Shown here in pieces: positions 54,620 to 60,397 of a stretch of DNA of 60,397 nt. How positions within the stretch are numbered: position 1 is the first letter of the stretch; each line of letters begins with the position of its first letter. The translations under genes and the position numbers were made by a program. The DNA is from a virus (taxonomy: Duplodnaviria; Caudoviricetes), in IMG/VR virus record IMGVR_UViG_3300038560_000015, positions 1 through 60,397 of that record, one strand, 5' to 3'. The notes under the pieces were generated by a model. It was not told the origin of the DNA. It saw nothing but the letters and a program-made list of their open reading frames with translations, and made no database searches.

Positions 54620-56673
54620 TCCGCAGCCTCGCGCGCGAATTCCGGAACGCCGTTATCGTTGACTTCAAGCGGAGCGAAGTTCGCCTCGACCAGCGCCCGC
54701 GACATGGGCGGGCAGACGCTGTTGCCGCATTTCGAGACCTGATCGGTTTTGCTGATCGGCCGCTCGATCAGCTTGCCGACGTGACCGGCACTGATCTCGA
54801 TATGCTGGCCGCGATTGATGATATAGCTGTCGGGAAATCCTTGCGCGCGGAACAGTTCGCGCGGCGTCAGCATCCGCATGCCGATGTCGGCGATGACGTA
54901 AGTCTCGCCTTTGATCTCGACCGTCACGGCCGCGTAGCGGTCCTTGCAATCGATCGTGTGCAGAGGATCATCAGCCGCCTGGTGCTGCCCGCCGGAGCCG
55001 TGCGCTTTCGTCAGGAACGCGCTGACGGCCGCCTGGTGACCGCCTTGCGCACTGACGGTCGCCGCCGGACTTTCGACAGGACGCGGCATGAGCTGATCGT
55101 CGGCCGTGCCGCGCATGTTCATAAGGCCGGCCGAGACGACGGCCTGATGCGATCCGCTCTGCAGAATCGTTGACGCCGGCTCGCGCGCATCGCGGCCGGG
55201 ATTTTGCACGCCGCCGCGGCTGACGTTGTGCTGGGCGAGGAACGCCGCGACCAGACCGAAGCGGTTATATTGCGACGTCGCCGTATGCAGCGGCTCGGCG
55301 GCGCCGGATGCCGGCTTGTCGCCGAAATTATTCTTGGTGACGTGTGCGGCGATGACGGCGTGCCGAGGATCGCCGGTCACCGTGCGGATCGGCTCTTCGG
55401 CGCTCGCCGAGCGGTCCTTGCCTCCGGCGCCATCGCCAAAGAATGCAGAGAGGTGTGCGGTCACCACATTCAAATGCGCGCCGCCGGCAGTGACGACGTG
55501 TGTCGGCTGGTCCGCGCCGTTGAACGGCTTTTGCGCGTTGCGGTTCGTGTTCAGGTGTGCTGCGACCAGGCCATGCTTGACGCCGCCGGCGACGACAGTG
55601 CCGAGGGGCTTGTCGAGACCGGGGACGCGAGGATCCTGTCCGTCCCGCTCGCCGTAGCCAGTTTGAATGAGCGTCGGCGCGATAATGGCGTTGGCGTCTT
55701 TGCGCGATGCCGTGACGGTGTGCAGCGGCTCCTCCGCTGATCGTACCGCGCCTCCTTGCTGCGCGTAGGTCACGACTGGCGAGACGATAGCTTTTTCGCC
55801 GCGATGCGCGCCGGTTACCGTCATGAACGGCTCGGTTACCGCCTCACCTCGTTCGCCGCCCTGATGCGTCAACGAGACGATGAACGGCTCTTTGGCGTCG
55901 ATCACATAGCGCTTCACGCCCTTGGCGATGCGCGCCATCGTGGCCGGCGCCAGCGGGCGCTTGATGCCGAAGGGTTTGGCTTCCTCTTTCGTCAGGAAGA
56001 TCGAATAGCACGGGAGCGACCAATCGATGACCTCGGCGGCCGTGCGCCAGGGCAGAAGCTTGCCGGATTTCACGGCATCGGCTTTCGGATCGCCGTGCGT
56101 CGGCACCGGCCAGATGATCGGCAGGCCGTCGCGGCGGGCGATCAGGAACAGCCGCTTGCGGATGGTCGGCGCGCCGTAGTCGCAGGCGCGCAGCTCGCGC
56201 CATTCGACCTTGTAGCCGAGCTTATTAAGCTCGCCGATGAAGCGGTTGAATTCCTCGCCCTTGCGCAGCTTGCACGGACGGTTGTCGTCGCCGAGCGGCC
56301 CCCAGGTTTTGAACTCTTCGACGTTTTCCATCATGATGACGCGGGGCGCGACCTGGCGCGCCCACTTCACGATCACCCAGGCGAGGTCGCGGATTTTCTT
56401 CTCGACCGGCTTGCCGCCCTTGGCCTTACTGAAATGTTTGCAATCCGGACTGGCCCACAATAGCCCGACCGGGCGGCCCTGGCAGACGGCGGACGGATCG
56501 ACCTTCCAGATATCGTGCGGGATGTGCATCGTCGCCGGATGATTGATCCGGTGCATCGCCATGGCGGTCGCGTCGTGGTTGATCGCGATGTCGGGAGAAA
56601 TCCCGAGCGCCATTTCGATGCCGGTCGAAGCACCCCCGCCGCCGGCAAAGCTATCGACGATCAATTCCCGCAC
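54616..56673 (-). CDS. C5-cytosine DNA methyltransferase with repeated variable region
   Basis: FAGGGG; SPDC; ENV; R.RLF; RMLTPRELFRAQGF; GNSV. Confidence 0.93.
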   Translation of the reverse strand: MRELIVDSFAGGGGASTGIEMALGISPDIAINHDATAMAMHRINHPATMHIPHDIWKVDPSAVCQGRPVGLLWASPDCKHFSKAKGGKPVEKKIRDLAWVIVKWARQVAPRVIMMENVEEFKTWGPLGDDNRPCKLRKGEEFNRFIGELNKLGYKVEWRELRACDYGAPTIRKRLFLIARRDGLPIIWPVPTHGDPKADAVKSGKLLPWRTAAEVIDWSLPCYSIFLTKEEAKPFGIKRPLAPATMARIAKGVKRYVIDAKEPFIVSLTHQGGERGEAVTEPFMTVTGAHRGEKAIVSPVVTYAQQGGAVRSAEEPLHTVTASRKDANAIIAPTLIQTGYGERDGQDPRVPGLDKPLGTVVAGGVKHGLVAAHLNTNRNAQKPFNGADQPTHVVTAGGAHLNVVTAHLSAFFGDGAGGKDRSASAEEPIRTVTGDPRHAVIAAHVTKNNFGDKPASGAAEPLHTATSQYNRFGLVAAFLAQHNVSRGGVQNPGRDAREPASTILQSGSHQAVVSAGLMNMRGTADDQLMPRPVESPAATVSAQGGHQAAVSAFLTKAHGSGGQHQAADDPLHTIDCKDRYAAVTVEIKGETYVIADIGMRMLTPRELFRAQGFPDSYIINRGQHIEISAGHVGKLIERPISKTDQVSKCGNSVCPPMSRALVEANFAPLEVNDNGVPEFAREAAE

Positions 56674-56892
56674 CGAATTTCCCCTCAGACGAACGGTGAC
56701 CGAGTCCGGTCTCTCAGTTCGCGTTGCCCTCTCGTGACGGCTTACTTGCAGCCGCGCCTCTTGCCGCGCCCGACGGCGCCGATGGCAGTCTTGGCGTAAG
56801 CGCGAGCAACCTCATGCGGAGGGCGATGGTCGGCGAAGTTCTTCCATTTATCGCTGATCGCCCGCGTCACGAACCGCACCAACGTCCCCGGA

Positions 56893-57069
56893 TTACTCTT
56901 TCGCTTTGCCATGATTGCCTCCCTTGCGTGGTGAAACCCCGTAGTGAAACCGCGCGTGAATCTCGTTGACGAATTGGCCCTTGGTGACTTCGACCATCAG
57001 CATGCCGTCATCGCGCTTGTAGAAAGCGCCGGGGACGAAATCGGATGCCGGTTTTTGTTTGGTCGCCAT
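56893..57069 (-). CDS. Hypothetical protein
   Basis: Starts MATKQKPA. Confidence 0.5.
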   Translation of the reverse strand: MATKQKPASDFVPGAFYKRDDGMLMVEVTKGQFVNEIHARFHYGVSPRKGGNHGKAKE

Positions 57070-57320
57070 TTGGATCATTCCCGATTAATAGCTAGATGGG
57101 TCCCGGAGAAACCGCTCAAATTCCTTCCGTGTGACCTGCTTCACTCCGTCGGGTGTTGGCACATAGAAAGGCGTCGGCGATATTTTCTCCGCAAGCAAAA
57201 TCAGAAGGAAAAGGAGCAAGAGCCCTGCCAATGCTATCAACTCGCTCATGCTGCGACCTTCAATGCCGGCAGCAGCTTCGCCGCACGCGTGGAGCCATGT
57301 GCCGGTTTTTGTTTGGTCGC
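57046..57320. repeat. 21-bp direct repeat
   Basis: TGCCGGTTTTTGTTTGGTCGC at 57046-57066 and 57300-57320. Confidence 0.8.
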
Positions 57321-57322
57321 GG

Positions 57323-57955
57323 TCATGTGCCGAACTTTTCGAACTTGGAAACGGTCTCGCGCACCGGCGAAGCCTGGACGCCTGACGTGGTGACCGGAGA
57401 TTTCGGGCGCGGACCGCCGGAGGGCTGATACCCGCCTTGCACAAGGCGCTTTGGCTTCGGCTTGCGATTGCGGTCGAACTTCTCACCTTCGGCGATGATC
57501 AGAGCAGCGCCACGAACGAGGTCACGGCGCAGCCCTTGAGGCTTCCACCATCCATTCGACCAGGGCCACCTGAGCGGCACCCGCGGCATGATCGGGTCGG
57601 CGGCATGATCGGCATAGCAGGCGCCAGCAATCGCAAGCTCGCCGAGCGCATGCTGATCGTCATGCTCGATCGACCAGCCCTCAGCCTCGACCTGCCGGAA
57701 CCGCTCGGCGATGACGGCCTGCATGAACGGCGACAGCGGCCGGCGGATGTGCAGCGCCTCGAAGACGCGGCGCAGCGTGAACTGGCGCGCAATCGAAACG
57801 GCCGTCATGGCGACCGCGAACAGGAAATTCGCCCGCCACGGAATTGCGACGCCAAGCGCCGGAAGGATGAAGGCCTGGCACAAGATCGAGAGGCCGAAGC
57901 CGACGACGATGTTGACGAGGGATTCAAATAGTGAAGCGGCGCGGGATTGTTTCAT
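57323..57955 (-). CDS. Two-domain hypothetical protein (membrane N-domain fused to a conserved phage domain)
   Basis: QSR..SLFESLVN...R.F.LRRVFE; AER.RQ...EGW..EHDDQH..GELA.A...RRDLVR..ALIIAE. Confidence 0.75.
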   Translation of the reverse strand: MKQSRAASLFESLVNIVVGFGLSILCQAFILPALGVAIPWRANFLFAVAMTAVSIARQFTLRRVFEALHIRRPLSPFMQAVIAERFRQVEAEGWSIEHDDQHALGELAIAGACYADHAADPIMPRVPLRWPWSNGWWKPQGLRRDLVRGAALIIAEGEKFDRNRKPKPKRLVQGGYQPSGGPRPKSPVTTSGVQASPVRETVSKFEKFGT

Positions 57956-57959
57956 GGCG

Positions 57960-58319
57960 TCACCATTGCTTGCCGTTGGCGCGCAATCGCGCTTCGGCTT
58001 TGTGGTCCGCCCGCTGTTTGTTGTAAGCCCGTTTCTCAGCGACGGCCGCGTCCAGGTCGTAACCGAAGGCGCCGCAGTAATCGAAAATTCTGATTAGAAC
58101 GTCGGCGAATTCCACTTCCGCCATCCGCCGATGCGGCAGATGGTCGTCCATTAAATTCTTGCGCTCGCCTTCCATGGCCTCCGACAGTTCGGAGTGCATG
58201 AGGCAGATCATCTCGCCCTTGTTGCGATTGAGACGCTCGCCGGTCGCGGGATTGCGCCACCAATGCTCGTTCTCAGTATGACATTCGCGCGCGAGATCGT
58301 TGAGCGGAGTATTGCTCAT
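57960..58319 (-). CDS. MazG-like nucleotide pyrophosphohydrolase
   Basis: LMHSELSEAMEGERK; EVEFADVLIRIFD; EKRAYN..RADH. Confidence 0.8.
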   Translation of the reverse strand: MSNTPLNDLARECHTENEHWWRNPATGERLNRNKGEMICLMHSELSEAMEGERKNLMDDHLPHRRMAEVEFADVLIRIFDYCGAFGYDLDAAVAEKRAYNKQRADHKAEARLRANGKQW

Positions 58320-59596
58320 TCTGCCGCTTCCGCAGGTAAGAGGGATTGCTGTTGCGGGACGTTGGCTTCGTTGCCCCAGCCGAACCACGTTTCCGGAAGC
58401 GCACCGTTGATGCGCGGGAACAGCTCGACCTTCGGCAGATCGGGGTAGTAAGCGGTGATCAGATCGCGGAAATATTTCGGCTTGGCCGAATGCTTGCCGC
58501 GCGCCTCGCGATAGAGCGACGGCCGCAACAGCGACGGCTCCGGCGCCGGCATCTTGCCGCGCGTCGCGATCAGCAAACACTCATGCGCGCTGCGGTTCCA
58601 GAAGCCCATGCCGAGCGCGGCCTTGTCCCAGGCGAACTCGGAGACGTATTCAAAACCCCAGCCCTCGATCAGCCGCATGGTTTTGCGGAGCCACGGCACG
58701 GTCGACCAGATGAAGAGAACCGCGTCAGACGTCGCCAGCGCGCCGATCGGCAGCTTGGCGATCTCTTCCTCGGTCATGGTCGGATAGTGGTTTTCGGTCG
58801 AGCGGTCGCTGTCGCCGGCGGCGAATTTTGTCGGCGGATCCATGTAAAGGACCGGGAATTTACGCTCGGTCGGCAGTTCGCTGTTGCCGACGGAGATCGC
58901 CGCAAGCTTGCCGATGCGTTCGCCGCGGCGCTTTTCGTTTTGCTCCTTGCGGATTTTCTTGGCCGCTTCGAGGATCTCTTTTTCCGAGAGCTTGGCGACT
59001 TCGCGCTGTTGCTCTTGCGGCAGGCTGGCGAGATCGGCTGCCGTCGAGACTGCAACGCGCCCTTCGTCGACGGCTTGCTGCAGCTCTGGCGCGCCCTTTT
59101 CCTGCACCGCTGCCGCGCTTTGCAGGCTGCGCCGACTGACATTGAGCAGCTCGGCCGCCTCGCCTTGCGCCACGATCGGCACCGGCTCGGAGGCCTCGAC
59201 GCCGGGCAGCGTGGGTGCGCAAATTTGCGCAGCCTCGCGGGTGTGCTGGTTGGAGCCGACCTTGAACTTGGCGAGCCGCGCCGCCACCATGGCGCGCTGG
59301 CTTTCGTCCATGTGCCGGCGCTTGAGATTCTTCGAGACGACGTAATTGAGCGCAGCGCGATCGTCGCCGACGAAAAGCTCGGTGCGCACCGGAAGTGTTT
59401 TAAGCGCGCACGCCCGATAGCGGTTGCGGCCATCCAGGATCATTCCGCGATGCAGCTTGACCGTCTCTGCCTGGCCGTTGGCGGCAATGTCGTCGGCGAG
59501 CTCGGCAAGCTCGGACGCCGGCAACGGCGGGAATAAGTTCGCCATCGGATGGTCTTTAAGCGGCGCATGGCCGGGCATGAGGGTCGAGCCGGTCAT
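58316..59596 (-). CDS. ParB-like domain, HTH and MT-A70 methyltransferase fusion
   Basis: HP.ANLFP; ILDGRNRYRAC; N..RRH..ESQRA; QGEAAELLNVSRRS; DPPT; WGFEY; HS.KP; VELF. Confidence 0.88.
   Translation of the reverse strand: MTGSTLMPGHAPLKDHPMANLFPPLPASELAELADDIAANGQAETVKLHRGMILDGRNRYRACALKTLPVRTELFVGDDRAALNYVVSKNLKRRHMDESQRAMVAARLAKFKVGSNQHTREAAQICAPTLPGVEASEPVPIVAQGEAAELLNVSRRSLQSAAAVQEKGAPELQQAVDEGRVAVSTAADLASLPQEQQREVAKLSEKEILEAAKKIRKEQNEKRRGERIGKLAAISVGNSELPTERKFPVLYMDPPTKFAAGDSDRSTENHYPTMTEEEIAKLPIGALATSDAVLFIWSTVPWLRKTMRLIEGWGFEYVSEFAWDKAALGMGFWNRSAHECLLIATRGKMPAPEPSLLRPSLYREARGKHSAKPKYFRDLITAYYPDLPKVELFPRINGALPETWFGWGNEANVPQQQSLLPAEAAE
59215..59237. repeat. Dispersed palindrome copy inside the ParB-fusion gene
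   Basis: GTGCGCAAATTTGCGCAGCCTCG. Confidence 0.9.
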
Positions 59597-59898
59597 GCCG
59601 CCCTCTTCTTCCGCGACAGCGACAAGCCGCGCACCAGGCTGACGAACGACAGCGCCAGGCGGTTATAGGCATCGCGCTGCCGCCCATCGCGGGTGAAGGC
59701 CCAGCGCGCCGTGTAGCCGCATAGGTGATGAACCGTCTCGGCGAGATCATTGGCGCGGTTCTGTGCCCCCCAACGTGCCAGGTCGGCCATGACGTCGGCA
59801 TTCCTTGAGATCACCTCGGCACGGCTCAGGCGCTTGGCGGCATAGCCTTCCGCATTGGCGACGGCGCGAGCGGCGATCAGGGTGAGATCGGGGCTCAC
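59593..59898 (-). CDS. Hypothetical protein
   Basis: GTGA/ATGA coupling. Confidence 0.55.
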   Translation of the reverse strand: MSPDLTLIAARAVANAEGYAAKRLSRAEVISRNADVMADLARWGAQNRANDLAETVHHLCGYTARWAFTRDGRQRDAYNRLALSFVSLVRGLSLSRKKRAA

Positions 59899-60005
59899 GG
59901 GGCGATCCCCGTATGCCGGCGCGTTTCGAAATAGATGCAGCCGCACACGACCAGGATCAGCGCAAGGCCGATGCCGATGATGGCGGCGATAAAGCAAGCT
60001 TCCAC
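59895..60005 (-). CDS. 36-aa single-TM protein
   Basis: GAGG RBS; FIAAIIGIGLALILVVCG. Confidence 0.5.
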   Translation of the reverse strand: MEACFIAAIIGIGLALILVVCGCIYFETRRHTGIAP

Positions 60006-60132
60006 AGTGAATCCTCACCCGTCGTTCGGAGTTGGACCGGACGCAAGACGCAACCAACGCTGACTGACAGGAAACAACTAAGACTGGATCATTCGCGATT
60101 GGTGCGAGCGGTTAGGCCCTCACCTTCATTCA

Positions 60133-60397
<265 letters not shown>

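Overview
Apparently complete, circular temperate tailed phage (siphovirus-like) of a high-GC alphaproteobacterium, probably Hyphomicrobiales. The host is inferred from the GapR/DUF2312 homologue and the GTA-like DUF2460-DUF2163-NlpC/P60 tail-tip genes. Bases 1-40 equal 60358-60397, and one minus-strand gene runs in frame across this junction. Layout: cro/cI switch with four 19-bp operators (1.9-3.1 kb); plus-strand early genes, xis/int, probable attP and a cassette-rich accessory region (3.1-11.8 kb); then, all on the minus strand, lysis/secreted proteins (11.9-19.1 kb), tail (19.4-35.4 kb), head and packaging (35.4-46.2 kb), NusG-like antiterminator, replication initiator, two SNF2 helicases and three methyltransferase-type genes (46.5-59.6 kb). 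Most notable: (i) a 16-bp palindrome dispersed five times round the genome, including inside a ParB-HTH-MT-A70 gene; (ii) a transposase-less element with 28-bp TIRs and an 8-bp TSD carrying a fourth methyltransferase; (iii) two equal-length 225-bp cassettes and a duplicated integrase 3' end; (iv) tail-fibre-like proteins with Sec-type signal peptides, plus a TPR-glycosyltransferase in the head module; (v) short peptides or domains reused between unrelated proteins. All family calls come from recognising motifs by eye; no searches were run.
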